Translations under genes and position numbers: made by a program
From: Heteronotia binoei
Taxonomy: Eukaryota
DNA length: 64,000 nt
Reading direction: 5' to 3'
Assembly: GCF_032191835.1 (NCBI RefSeq)
Contig: NC_083224.1
Coordinates: 22,568,001 to 22,632,000, forward strand
Shown here: one piece after another, positions 23,291-38,456 of the stretch
How positions within the stretch are numbered: the stretch's first letter is position 1
Layout: each line of letters starts with the position of its first letter
The notes under the pieces: model-generated
Databases searched by the model: none
Told to the model about the DNA's origin: nothing
The model's input: only the letters and a program-made list of their open reading frames with translations

Positions 23291-25160
23291 CAAGACCTTG
23301 GATGTCGGCCTTCCTGCCATAGTTGATACAGTAATAAAGCTTGGGGCACCGAGCGCGTCTTCTGGTCCAATTTTGGATTCTTTCAGCCCACTCAGCCTGG
23401 AAGAAGTCGACAGGATCCTTTTGGCTGTACGCCCTACGACTTGTAGGTTGGATCCGTGCCCGTCCTGGCTTATAAAAGCTAGCCAGACGTGGCTATGTGA
23501 CCCACTACAAGGTATTGTCAACAGATCCCTGGTAGAAGGGATCTTTCCCACACCTCTTAAAGAGGCAGTGGTCCGTCCCCTCTTAAAAAAACCATCTGCA
23601 GATCCGGCCGTATTGGCAAATTATGGGCCGGAATCAAACCTTCCCTTTTTGGGTAAGGTTATAGAGCGGGCGGTGGCAACTCAGCTACAGGGATTCCTGG
23701 AGGACACTTCCGCACTGGATCCATTCCAGTGCGGCTTTCGACCAGGTCACGGGACGGAGACAGTTCTGGTCGCTCTCATAGATGACCTCATGCGACATCT
23801 GGATTGGGGCGGCTCAGTGGTGCTGTTGTTATTAGATCTGTCAGCTGCTTTTGATACGGTTGACCATCAGCTACTGACTAGCCGCCTTGCCGATGTGGGG
23901 ATTCAGGGGTCTGCCTTACAGTGGTTGACCTCCTTTCTCCAAGATTGGGGACAAAGGGTGGTGATAGGGGAGGAAGCATCCCAGAGGCACTCTCTCAGTT
24001 GTGGGATGCCACAGGGAGCGGTCATATCCCCGATGCTATTTAATATCTATATGCGCCCCCTTGCCCAGATTATCAGGAGGTATGGACTGGGTTGTCATCA
24101 ATATGCAGATGACACCCAGCTCTGTCTATTGATGGGCGGCCAGTCCGAATGTACCCCGGAAAATCTAGACCTGGTCCTTCAAGCCGTGGCTTCGTGGGTC
24201 AGGTTGAGCCGACTGAAACTGAATCCGACGAAGACAGAGGTTCTCTATCTGAGCCGGGGTGGTCCGGGGGGAGGGGTTCATCTGCCGGCTCTTGACAGGG
24301 TGCCATGAATACCGGCCCCTAAAGTCAGGAGCTTGGCCATGCTCCTTGAGTCCTCCCTTACAATGGAGGCCCAGGTAGCAGCCACAGTTAGATCCGCCTT
24401 TTTCCACCTTCGGCGGGCATGTCAGCTGGCCCCGTTCCTGGAGCACAATGACTTAGCAATGATGATCCATGCTACATATGAAGAACATATGAAGCTGCCT
24501 TATACTGAATCAGACCTTTGATCCATCAAAGTCACTATTGTCTTCTCAGACTGGCAGCAGCTCTCCAGGGTCTCAAGCTGAGGTTTTTCACACCTATTTG
24601 TCTGGACCCTTTTTGGAGATGCCAGGGATTGAACCTGGGACCTTCTGCTTCCCAAGCAGATGCTCTACCACTGAGCCACCGTCCCTCCCCAATGCTACGG
24701 TCAACTCAAGAATAGATCACTGTAACGCTCTCTACATGGGGCTACCCTTGACGCTAACCCGGAGACTACAGCTAGTGCAGAACGCTGTTAATGAGACTCC
24801 CTCGATGGGAGCACATTCAGCCGGTGCTGAAAGAGCTGCACTGGCTTCCTGTTGTGTTCCGAGTTCATTTCAAGGTGTTGGTGTTGACCTTTAAAGCCCT
24901 TTATGGTCAGGGACTTGTCTATCTGCGGGACTGCCTTTCTCCGCATATTCCCCAGAGAGCACTGTGTTCAGGGATGAAAAATCTATTGTCCATCCCTGGA
25001 CCAAAAGAAGCCAGGTTGCGTACGACACAAGCCAGGGCCTTCTCGGTGGCAGCACCAGAACTCTGGAACGCTCTCCCGGAGGCCATAAGGGCCCTGCGGG
25101 ATTTGTCTACTTTCTGCAGGGCCTGTAAGACCGAATTGTTTCGACAGGCCGTTGACATTG
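23290..25160 (+). mobile_element. L2 LINE, 5'-truncated, RT region with nested SINE
   Basis: DPCPSWL, DLSAAFDTVDH, QGAVISPMLFNIYM and YADDTQL motifs; frameshifts downstream. Confidence 0.88.
24476..24690 (-). mobile_element. tRNA-headed SINE with CR1-like tail (Squam2-like), nested in L2
   Basis: Minus strand gggagggacggtggctcagtggtagagc...ggttcaatccctggc (A and B boxes); TSD atgctac (24469-24475 and 24692-24698). Confidence 0.8.
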
Positions 25161-25504
25161 CTTGGAATACCTCCCCTGATATCCTATCTACACCTGGTGA
25201 TTTCTTCCTCCCAATTGTTCCTAAAATTCTTCCATGTTCAGAAGATTCTTCTTGTAAGCACTTTGTCCTCCTTTTATCTCTTTTTTTATAATGCTTCTGT
25301 GTATTGTTCCTATATTTTCTTAGATATTTCTATCTCTAGATAGGTCACTAGGCTGGGAAGAAAACCAAGCTCTGATTCTTACACCTGTGGTTATAGCAGC
25401 TCTGATGGTGGAGTCAGGGATGAGGACTCTGGAAGTGGGTCGGGATCCATCCCTCCCCCCTGTTCCATTCCTTCTCTTATCCCTTTCCCTTGCTGTTGTT
25501 TCAG

Positions 25505-25619
25505 ATTTGGGGAGGGTCCATGAACGTGGCAGCAAAGTTCTCTGAGGCAGAAGAAGCTCCATCAGAGGAAGGTCAGAGGGCGAACGCCCAGGAGCATGCC
25601 CGAGATGCCTTGTCAAGTG
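25505..25619 (+). CDS. Gene B linker exon (115 nt)
   Basis: tttcag|ATTTGG...AAGTG|gtaagg. Confidence 0.8.
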
Positions 25620-26561
25620 GTAAGGGGGCCTCCTGTCCAGAGGGGATTGGGGCACATGCTGGGAAGAAGTTCAGGACAGGAGGGAAAGGGAAATATTTCT
25701 GCAGACTGCAAAGAATGGAGTTCTGTGCCATATGATGTCACAATGGCCCATCCACTTTATGGGGGGTATACAGATTCATGGAGAGCAATTCCATGCTTAT
25801 CTATATCAATGGAATTATGCATACCTCATCTTCCTTCCATTGGAAGGACTCAACGTGGCTCAAAAAAGAAAAGGAAGACAAATCTGGGTGCAGCTATGAG
25901 CCAAGGTTAATAAATAGAACCTCCATGTTCTCTTGACCAGCATGGCCAAGGCTAAGCAAGGTCATCAGATCTCAGAAGCTAAGAATGGCCAGCCCATATT
26001 ACTTTTTGGCTTGGGAGACCTCCAAAGAAATTCAGGGTCTCTGTGCAGAGGCAAACTGCCTCTTAATGTCTCTTGCCTTGAAGAACACCATAAGTCAGCT
26101 GTGACTTGACAGCACCTTAGTCATACACACAAACACATCCTGTTCTGGGGCAGCGAATCTCAGAAAACCCATTTGCAAAGTCCAGTAATTTGGACTCTGT
26201 TCAACTGCTAAAATACTTTTCAGGGGCATCTGTGTGGTAACACTCGGAAAGAAGACACTGGATTAGGGAGACCAGACCATAGCCGGGCCCCCCATAAGGG
26301 TGGTGCAGCAAGGGGTGAACATGGTGCCATTTTGCAATGTATTGGCAGTATTTATAACCACCTCTCGGGGTTCATGGGTACCTGGGGCTTCTGTTCCACC
26401 TCTCCCACAGTTTCCTAAAACCTATTACCAATTTTCCTGAGCATAAAGAACACAAGATTTCACAACCTTGGGAAATGGGATGCATAAGCAAGATTGAGAC
26501 AAGGAAACAAAGTAGGAATTTGAGGCTAAGATTCTTCCTTCCCATTTTGTCTCCCTTGCAG

Positions 26562-26632
26562 GCAGTGAAGACAGTTTATCAAACAGTTTTCTTTTCAGAG
26601 AAGTGGAAACGCCTTCACAACCTTCAGTCCAG
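26562..26632 (+). CDS. Gene B linker exon (71 nt)
   Basis: ttgcag|GCAGTG...GTCCAG|gtaggg. Confidence 0.8.
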
Positions 26633-26787
26633 GTAGGGAGGGATGAATGGGGGATAGTCAGGGCCCTTCCTCCTTTATCAGGGAAGCTTTTGCTATCTGA
26701 GGAAGAGAGGCTCTGGACAACACTACCTTTATGCATACTGAACTCTACATCCTGCACCCTCACAAACTACCCCTGTGGAGAGTGTAG

Positions 26788-26976
<189 letters not shown>

Positions 26977-27476
26977 TAAGTGCTAAAGGTGCAAATTACT
27001 GCCTTTGGGATGATGTATGATTCAACAGCAATATATATTTGTGAGGGCAATGCAGCTAATTGGCCACCACTGGGTGCCTTGAGAATTCAGGGTGGCCACG
27101 AAAGTGTTGTTCAGCATGGCCCGATAGAGTGATTCAAGCCACCCCACTGATCGAGGGCAGCTGAGGCCAGTGTCGCGGCCATCACCCAAGCCAGAGAGGG
27201 TTTTGTGGCCTGAGGTCAAGGCAGGGCTGTGGGACCCTCAAAAAGACTCTGGAAGGAGCTAAATCCTAATTTCCTCAGTTGTCAGCCTTTACAACATCCC
27301 CTTCCCCAGATGGGATTTTTGCCATCCACTCTGACTGTAACCTGGAAAAGAGCCAACCCCCTTAAAGTGGTTAGCCTTGTGGGCTTTGATTTAGACCATG
27401 ATTCTTTCCTTCCAGAAGAGATTTCCCTCTTTTTTGGATTTCTTTCCTTCCACCATATAAAAATGATCTATTTTTA

Positions 27477-27720
27477 GAGCCAGTTTGGTGTAGTGGTGAA
27501 GTGTGCAGACTCTTATCTGGGAGAACCGGGTTTGATTCCCCACTCCTCCACTTGCACCTGCTAGAATGGCCTTGGGTCGGCCAGAGCTCTGGCAGAGGTT
27601 GTCCTTGAAAGGACAGCTGCTGTGAGAGCCCTCTCCAGCCCCACCCACCTCACAGGGTGTCTGTTGTGGGGGAGGAAGATAAAGGAGATTGTGAGCCACT
27701 CTGAGACTCTTCGGAGTGGA
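27477..27720 (+). mobile_element. tRNA-derived SINE (Squam3-like)
   Basis: gagccagtttggtgtagtggt...ggtttgattccc A and B boxes; followed by a CR1 tail piece (27721-27800) and a second SINE 3' half (27923-28062). Confidence 0.8.
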
Positions 27721-29514
27721 GTATATTGGCCACTGTGTGACACAGAGTGTTGGACTGGATGGGCCATTGGCCTGATCCAACATGGCTTCTCTTATGTTCT
27801 TAAAGAGCCTCCCCTGGGGAGGCAGCCAGAGAGCAAAAACGAGACTCTTTGCTACCTCTTTCCCCCGCCCAAGGTTTGGGCGGAGGAAAGAGGCAGCTCA
27901 GCCTCGCTCTCGGGGGGGATCACTCAGCCCCACCTACCTCACAGGGTGTTTGTTGTGGGAGAGGAAGGTAAAAGGAGATTGTTTGTTTAATTCGATTTAT
28001 ATGTTTGTGACTACTCTGAGATTCAGAGTATAGGGCAGGATATAAATCCAATATCTTCTTCGTCTACAGAAGAACACGCAGACCCAGAAAAGCCAGGGAT
28101 ACCTACTCAGCACTCCCCGATGCCTGGGTTTCTCTAAATCTGGCCAGCACCATCTCCCCCATCCCCAGGGAAGAGGGTTGACAACAAGGACATCCCCGTG
28201 CTGCTCTCAGGATCTGCCGAACTAGCTTCCCCATGCTCAGGTCACCCAAAGATGGCCTGTGGCAGAAGCTACCAAAGGCCCAAACAAAGCAGAGACCAGG
28301 AAGGAGCAGCCAGATGCCCTAAACCCGCACAGAATCGGGGGGTGGGGGAAGCAACAGCAGTGGCACTAGCAACCACACACAGCCTGGCCTAGGGAAGACA
28401 GGAAGGAATTCAGCAGCACATAACCAGTTCAACCAAAGAAATTTCAAATAACCAGAAAAATATAATATTATAAAATGATTAAAATAAATACTTCAGGCCA
28501 GAGCCATGCCCCAACCCACCCCCCAACAGAAACCCAACCAGATACCTATTCCCAAAGCAGGAGGAAAACTCAAGGTTTTCAAAAAGTTAAAAAGAAAAAC
28601 CTACTTCTAAAAATCCTCTGGTCCCAACAATAAGCACAAGAAAGGAGGGATCTCACCAGTCAGATAAAATGAAGTCCAGGTCCAGGAACACCACCAGCCA
28701 GGCCACAGAGAGCAGAGCGGCAGAACACTGCCAGAAGCAGAAGCTCACACTCTCTATGGCAACACAGCAGCAATGGAGTCAAGGGGACAAGAGATGGTTA
28801 AATACCCTTTCTCTGCTCATGGACAGAACAGAACAGTGAGAATAAATTGTTCTGTTCTCTGACTGGATTGAGGGGGGAAACATGCAATTCCACCAGAGAA
28901 TTGTAGTCTCTCCCTTCCCCCTACCTTGCTAGAGAAGAAACAACAAAAAAAGCAATCTGCAAAATGCATGGCTGTGATTGGTCAGGGGCCTCCCCTCCCC
29001 ACTCCCCCCAGCCAAAGGTGGGAAAAGCCAAGGGAAAGGCAATCACCAGACTGCCTTTGACTTTTCCCATTATTTTCTGGCAATATCCAGAATTCAGCTA
29101 TTCAGAATTCCAGAAACAGGCTAAGATGCCTATCCAGAATTCCCTAATTCCGGATATTGCAAAAAGACAGGTATTCGGCAGATATTTGGTAAACCCTTTA
29201 TCGTATGCACAGCCCTACTAAGGAGAGCAATTACATAATTGCTTGGAATACAGAAACACCTTGTAGGATAAAACAGCCCTTACTTCATATCAAAGAAGTC
29301 ACACAGGTGGGGAGCTATAAAAATGATAAAAGTCACAACCAAGCCCCTCTGATGCAGGAAGCTTACTGTACTTTCAAAGTGGATATTATTGTACACTTCA
29401 GTGTACAGCAGGAGGAAGGCACTGAAATACTTGGAGCATGGATGAAACTTCAGGAGCCGACCAGACCTCCTTGAGAGGATTCTAACAGGATCGATCTCTC
29501 TCTCTTTCTTCCAG

Positions 29515-31791
<2,277 letters not shown>

Positions 31792-33299
31792 TGAGGAATC
31801 CATAGAGGGCAGAAAGTTTTGGAATAGAGATTTAGTCAGTGTAATTATCTTCAACTACATCTAAGAAGCCACAAAAGGAAAAACCATGAAACTTCTTAGC
31901 CTACGGGTGTTGAGCTCATTTGTTACAATGATCTAATAGAAATGTCACTCTTCCCTCTCTGAAAACACATTTCCTCACTACACTTGATCAGCAACATTTT
32001 TTCTCCACCACCCTGGAAGCATTTTTCCTTGTGAAGCTGGGTTTCTTCCTTATTTACAGCGGTTCATCCAAAATCCTTTGCATAGAATATAAAGTCTCCA
32101 AGGAACTGGAGCTACTGCCCTCAACAGTAGCTGAATGGACCATAAAAACCATGAATTCACTACAAATTCATCAGCCACCTGTCAATAACCAGTCCTCCTC
32201 AATCTGTCCTTTTCTCCCACCACCTCAGTGTGATTCATCCACACTAATCCACTCTCCTCCAATTTCAAGTCTGCACCCACTCCTTTCCTCACAGTTAATT
32301 CCTACTTAGAGACCTGACCTTTCATGAAGACACATATACACTCCACAGTGCTGATGTTCAAGCATGGGGGCTAACACCTAGGAGACCCAGGTTCATAAAT
32401 CCAGCTCTGTTTTATAAGTTGCTGGGCGACTTTGGGCCAGTCACTAACTTCGCCTAATGTACCCTGCATGTTTCATTGGAGTCCTAGCACCTTCCTATTA
32501 CTCCTTTGCTAGTGTAGGTAACCCCCCACTCACCCCTCAAGTCAATCAACTTGGAACAAAAGTTAGAGGAAACCACTAGCACGGAGTCACTCACTCAGCC
32601 TAATGCACCCTGCACAGTTGTTATGAGGACAAAAACCTAGATGAGTTAAATGATAGTTGAAGAAAAGCGAGGAAGAGATTCCTGGAAAATAAAAGGAGAA
32701 ACTAAAAACCACCTTCCCTCACCCTAAGAGGTATATTTCTCCTCCCCACCTGTGGATTTCCAGCAGAATAGTTTCTAATTGGCAAAGGTGTCAATCTGTA
32801 TATGCTAAACATATTGTAAGGATATCTGAATTAGTTTGAAGGTGGAGTAAAAATAGATAAAGGATTAACAACTTTAGTGTGGGTGTATATTTTGTATATT
32901 TGTGTGTGTGAGTGCACATCTGGAAATCATGCTGACCTCTGGTGACTGTCCCTACTGGGGGCATGGAGGATATTCCATGCCTCCAGTATGGACAGTTGAG
33001 TGAGGAGACAGTAGGGCTGTTGGGTGAGGAGAGGGAAATATTAAATAGTGGGGGGGGGGGGGAGAAATGAGAAGCATCTCACAAATCCTTGCCAGTTCCC
33101 ACTTGGGAATACATCAGCCCCAGTCTACCCCCCCCCCCATTTAAAGACCCCCATAGGGGCAGGGACAGGCATGGGAGGGGGCAGTCTCGGGCAACAATAC
33201 CCCCAGTGCCCCCCCTGGTCCATGGAAAAATTGTTTTCTGTGAAACTGGTCCCTGGTGTCAAAAAGGTTGGGGGCCACTGGTCTAAAGGGCATCCAAAG

Positions 33300-34430
33300 A
33301 CCTACATAGGATTTTAACAGATCCAGATTTTTGCTTGGGGCTACCACAAAAGCACCACCAAGTTACAAATCATGTCTGTAGTTAGATTTTGCCACAAAAG
33401 GCATGGGCCCACAATTTTGTGGCACTACCGCATCACAAAAATATATTTCTGAATATTGGCTTTTCATGAATTCTCAGCATTGTGTCACCCCTAGCTGACC
33501 ATCAAATCATGTATCATGCCAACAGCCAGACTGCACCAAAAAAAAAATCCACAACTCTGCTTGTTTGTGTTGCTGCCCCAGCAGCAAAATGTAGTCCCAA
33601 AGAACAGATTACCATGAATACACTGTATTTCTACTTTGACATCCCCAGATCATTATCCAATCACACATCATGCCCATGGCCACAGTTTGCACCACAGAAA
33701 TCTCTAAATCCACATCTCTGTGGCTGTGTCATGGTGCAAAAATGTGGTTACAAACAACCTGTCCTCATCCTCAGAATTTCTGCACTGGGTCACACCAGAT
33801 TTACCACCAATTCACTTAATGTCCATAGCCAGAGATTTCAATGCAAAAATCAAGGATCCACTGCTTTCTGGTTTTGCCATGGTTCCAAAGCATGGATCCT
33901 CAAGATTTTTGTGTTGGTTCAGCCCAGACTCACAATCACTTATCTCCATACTGGCCAATGACAATAAAAATTAATGGACCCACATTTTTTGTCTTTGCCT
34001 CACCACAATGACATGATTCTGAAGCAAGGATCCTCAGGAATCCTGACGATGTTTGCATTCTGTAAAATCCATCACCCAATTCTGTGGCCTCAGGTGGCAC
34101 CCAAGAACTCATGGATGTGCTACTCTGAGTTGCTACAGCAGTGCAAAAAAGTTTTTCCAAACCATGGGTCGTCATGGATCCTCATGATCTTTGCATTTGG
34201 TCTCCACACATGCACTCTCCAATCACATATGATCTTCAATACCCACGGACAGCACCAGAAAAAATGGATCCACTGCTTTATGGCACTTCCATGGCACAAA
34301 AATGTAGCACATGGATTCTTCATGGATCCAAATGATTTTTGCTTTTGGTCACCCATATATTAATTTCTCCTCCCAAGGAGGGAGGGATTTCCCTCTTCCG
34401 CCATCTCTCTATGTGGGGCTGCATGCGCAG
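33300..34430. repeat. Degenerate ~120-150-bp tandem repeat region upstream of gene C
   Basis: Recurring atggatcc(a/t)c motifs at ~33851, 33973, 34110 and 34263; homolog at 50670-51350. Confidence 0.45.
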
Positions 34431-34452
34431 AATTTATTTTTGGGGACACAAC

Positions 34453-34724
34453 AAGCCAGTTTGGTGTAGTGGTTAAGTGTGCAGACTCTTATTTGGGAGA
34501 ACCGGGTTTGATTGCCCACTCCTCCACTTATGGCTGCTGCTGGAATGCCCTTGGGTTAGCCACAGCTCTGGCAGAGGTTGTCCTTGAAAGGGCAACTCCT
34601 GTGAGAGTCCTCTCAGCCCCAACTTACCTCACAGGGTGTCTGTTGTGGGGGGGGGGGGGAAGGAGATTGTGAGCCCTCTGAGTGGAGAGCGGAATATAAA
34701 TCCAGTGTCGTCCTCTTCTTCTTC
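34453..34724 (+). mobile_element. tRNA-derived SINE (Squam3-like)
   Basis: Same family as the 27477 copy; (ctt)n tail. Confidence 0.8.
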
Positions 34725-34989
34725 AAGGGGGTGGGGTTCAAAATTCAGCTTCCTGACTTGGGATCGGGGTTCCTTCCCTTCCCTCCGAGAAACAGTGCTA
34801 AAAACACCTAGACACGGGTCTATTTCTGCTTGCCTTCGAGGTCCGGCGTTTTCCTTCCACGGGGCCAGAGAAATCCAGGCTCCTCTGTGTAAAAAACCAG
34901 CGCCATCATCCATCCATCTTTGTATTCCGCCCTTTCCCACGAGTGTGCGCAAGGCGGTTGACAACAAAAGTCGGCGACCATCCAACACT

Positions 34990-35600
34990 GCCTAATCCAC
35001 CACCCTCCCCACCATGGAGTTTTTCAGGCCAGTCCTTATAGACTAGGTCGAGGAGGAGGAAGGGGGGAAGGGAAACCGGCTTCTCAGCTTCCTTTTCCCG
35101 AGATTGGGGGCTGATCCACTCCCAGGAGCGCAGCCCTGTGCAGAGCGACTCCCCAGCAGCCCCACTGAGCTACAATGTCGGGCGTCGCTGGCCGAAGCCG
35201 GGCTGAATGAAGCCCAGATTCCTTCGGGGCTTTTCCTGCAACTTTTGAAAGGGTTAAAACAACCGAGCCTTCTGCTAGAGAGGTCCAGAAAGAGAAGGGG
35301 AAAAGAAGAGGGGGTGGGGCTTCAGACGCGGAAGTCCCTTCAGTCCCCTCCCCAGCCAGTCCTTGCAATCTCCGCAGAGAGGGAATCGGATCTCGCCACG
35401 TGTTTGGGGAGGGGGGGGGGCGCTTAAATGCTTTCCAAAGGTGAAGTTCTTCTCTGTGGGGGTTTCCTTCTCTCAGTCTGCAGGGCTTGCAAGGGGGCTC
35501 TTTCCCTGGCGGCCTCTGAGGGATCGGGGCCCGCCGTGCAGCGGGTGGATAAGGATGGGGGGACAGGCCAGCAGCATCCCTGCAACCTGCCCTGCTGGAG
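34990..35600 (+). promoter_or_regulatory. GC-rich promoter and putative first exon of gene C
   Basis: Homologous to the A and B promoter blocks; candidate donor AAG|GTGAAG at 35440|35441; tctcgccacgtg. Confidence 0.55.
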
Positions 35601-36592
35601 GGTGGAAAGATTTTATCCGGAGTAGACGGCTAATTGTTTTATATTTTTTAACGTTTCTTGTAGCTTTTGTACTGTTTTATCAGGTGCATTTTCTCTGCCG
35701 AGAGTCACCTCCAGTGCCATTCCGGGGAGAGGGAGCAGGATATCAATTTTCCTGCCTAAATAGCCACCCTGGGAGGGATTATTGGGGCTGATTGCCTTTT
35801 GGAAATACCAGCCATTTGAGCAACTGCTCGCCCCATGACGGACCCTTTCGGGATGGAGAGGGCGTGTTTTATTTATTTGCTTTCATTGAACAACAAAGTT
35901 TAAGTCAACCACTACATTTTAAGACAAACAGAATTTTATTTAAGGTATAAGCTTTTGCGTGCAAGAGCGCTTCAGACTAGTACAGGCTTTTGCATATGAT
36001 GAGAAAGGAAATACCAGTCTGTACCTGTGCAAGTTTCTTCATAAGGCTGATGGAGTCCCATTCAATACAGCTTAATGTGGTGCCCTCCGTGGAGATAGAT
36101 TCAGGTGGGGTAGCCATGCTTGCACATGAAAGCTCATACCATGAATAAAACTGTTTCAGTCTTAAAAGTGCTCCTGGACTCAAACTTTGTTCTGTGCTTC
36201 ATAGCAACACAGCTGTTCACCCGAATCTACATTAATTATAGTCTGCCATTTAATGGAACTCTATACAATCAATAGGATGGTACCTTCAGTAAACTATGGA
36301 ATAGAATTTGGGTTGCAGAAATCTGAAAAACAGTATTGAAGGAAAGCATAACTGTTAACATGACCCAATTAATAATGCAAAATTACATAGCAAGATACAA
36401 ATTATCGCAAACTATATGCAGGGATATAGATTCTAGAACCCAATAATTCATCCAAGTAAGTATGTGAAGCCATTTGTACAGTACATCACTTGGGTAGAGA
36501 AGTCCTCTTCAATAATTAAGTCTTCTTTAGTTTGTGGAAAGACAGGGGAGAGGGTGCGTTCCTGACCTCAGGCATACCAGCTTGGTCTAGTA

Positions 36593-36874
36593 CAGGGGTG
36601 GCTAGACGTCCTTAATGTAACAGCAACATAGAGTAAACGTCAGATGTTTGAGAGCCACAAGGGAGGCTGGCAAATAGATGGGGAGGGAGAGGTAGAAAGA
36701 AACAATTTTAATTTTAAATGCATTCTCCAGGCTTCAAGCTGGCTTAGATTGGAGAAGTGATTTAGATAAATACCTTCTCCAAGCTGGTCGATGGGGTGGT
36801 GGAGGTTTTGAGAGCCACACAGTATGTGTGACAGAGCCACACATGGCTCCTGAGCCACAGTATGGCCATCCCAA
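36593..36874. mobile_element. hAT-type MITE
   Basis: caggggtggc...ggccatcccaa ends; perfect 8-bp TSD gtctagta; paralog B has the empty site (ggtctagtagttaagg near 19590). Confidence 0.85.
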
Positions 36875-37303
36875 GTCTAGTAGTTAAGGAGCAGTGGACT
36901 CTAATGGTTAAACCCTTACCAGTCTGTTTGTCCTGGGCTCCAGTTTACCTTGAGATGTTCCCACTAGATAGACTGATCCCCAGAATCCGAGCCAAACTCA
37001 TAATACCCCTGACAGATTTTTAAAAAAGTAAATACTGGTGGTTTTGTTGACAGAAGGACCAAACAGACATATCTTTAAAAGCTTAATATGTAATATATCA
37101 TGGTGAAATTAAACCTCATCAGCAAACTACAGAGATACTCTTTCTGATCCACTAGGGTAATCCTTAGGTGATTCTCCACCAGGGTCAGTGATGTAACTTT
37201 TCTTTTCCTGCCTTTTTGATATCTTTCCCTCCCCCTCTTCACTGCCAAGTGAATAAGAGTGTCTTTCCAGAGTCATAGGCAACCCAGGAGGAAGGGGAAG
37301 GAG

Positions 37304-37726
37304 ATGGAAGAGAAGGACCCTGAAGGCCCTGGAACTGGCAAGGCATCAAGGATAGGTCCCCATCCCATTCAAGCAGGGAGTGGTGCTGAATTCTGGGAAA
37401 AAGCTGTGTCAGAGATCTTGGTTCAGGACACTGTGACCTCAGATGTAAGCAGCCGAAGCTTCCGGCAGTTCTGTTACCATGAGGCTGATGGGCCCCGAGA
37501 AGTCTGCAGCCGGCTCCATGGACTTTGTAAGGACTGGCTGGAGCCAGAGAGACACACCAAGAAGCAGATTCTGGACCTGGTGATCCTGGAGCAGTTCCTG
37601 GCCATCCTACCCCAGGAAGTGCAGGGCTGGGTGAGAGGATGTGGGCCAGAAACCAGTTCCCAGGCAGTGGCCCTGGCCGAAGGTTTCCTCCTGAGTCAAG
37701 CAGAGGAGAAGAGGCAGGCACAGCAG
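37304..37726 (+). CDS. Gene C SCAN-domain exon
   Basis: SCAN motif; 423 coding nt; donor CAG|GTGAG. Confidence 0.92.
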
Positions 37727-38456
37727 GTGAGGGGCTTTCAATCACTCCCTTCAAGCAATGTCCTTATCCTAAGGCTTCCTGCCTGCTATTTCTCTGTGTG
37801 TGTTAACTGCCATCAAGTCACTTCCTCCTTATGGCAACCCTACAAACATCCTCTTGTTAATAGCTTTGCTCAGGTCTCGCAGACTGAGAGCCCTTGTGGC
37901 TTCCTTGATTGAGTCAATCCATCAAGTGTTTGGTCCACCTCTTTTCCTGCTGCCTTTCACTATTGTTTTTCTCAGTGACTCCTGTCTTCTTGTAATGTCC
38001 CCAAAATACAATAGCCTCAGTTGAGTCATTTTAGCTTCCAGGGAGAGTTGAGTATCTGTAGAAACACTAAACTCTCCTCCAACACCACAGTGAATCAAGT
38101 TTTCTTCCTCCCAGCTTTCTTCCTTGTCCAACTTTTCACACCAACACATAGGAAAGGGGAATATTAAGGCATGAACTAACTTGAGCTTGGTCACCAGTGA
38201 CAGACACATCCTTATACTGAAGAATCTTTTCTAGCTCCTTCCTGCCTGCCCTTCTGAGTCTCAGTCTCCTGATTTGGTTGATAAAGTTAGAGTCCAGGGG
38301 CAGCTTTAAGACTAACCAAGTTTTATTCAAGATGCAGCTTTACTTTCTAAAAATCTACCTTGTTCAGAAGATTCTTCTTGCAAGGAATTTGTCCTCCTTT
38401 CATCTCTTTTGTATAACGCTTCAGCGTACTGTTCCTATGTTTTCTTAGATATTTCT

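Noticed and set aside
23061-24308. 415-aa ORF as a host gene or intact RT
   Set aside because: A chimera of antisense BovB sequence and a 5'-truncated L2, with no endonuclease and frameshifts downstream.
24620-24690. tRNA gene (also the heads at 27477, 34453 and ~61700-61785)
   Set aside because: tRNA-derived SINE heads attached to SINE bodies, with a TSD at the 24476-24690 copy; no complete cloverleaf.
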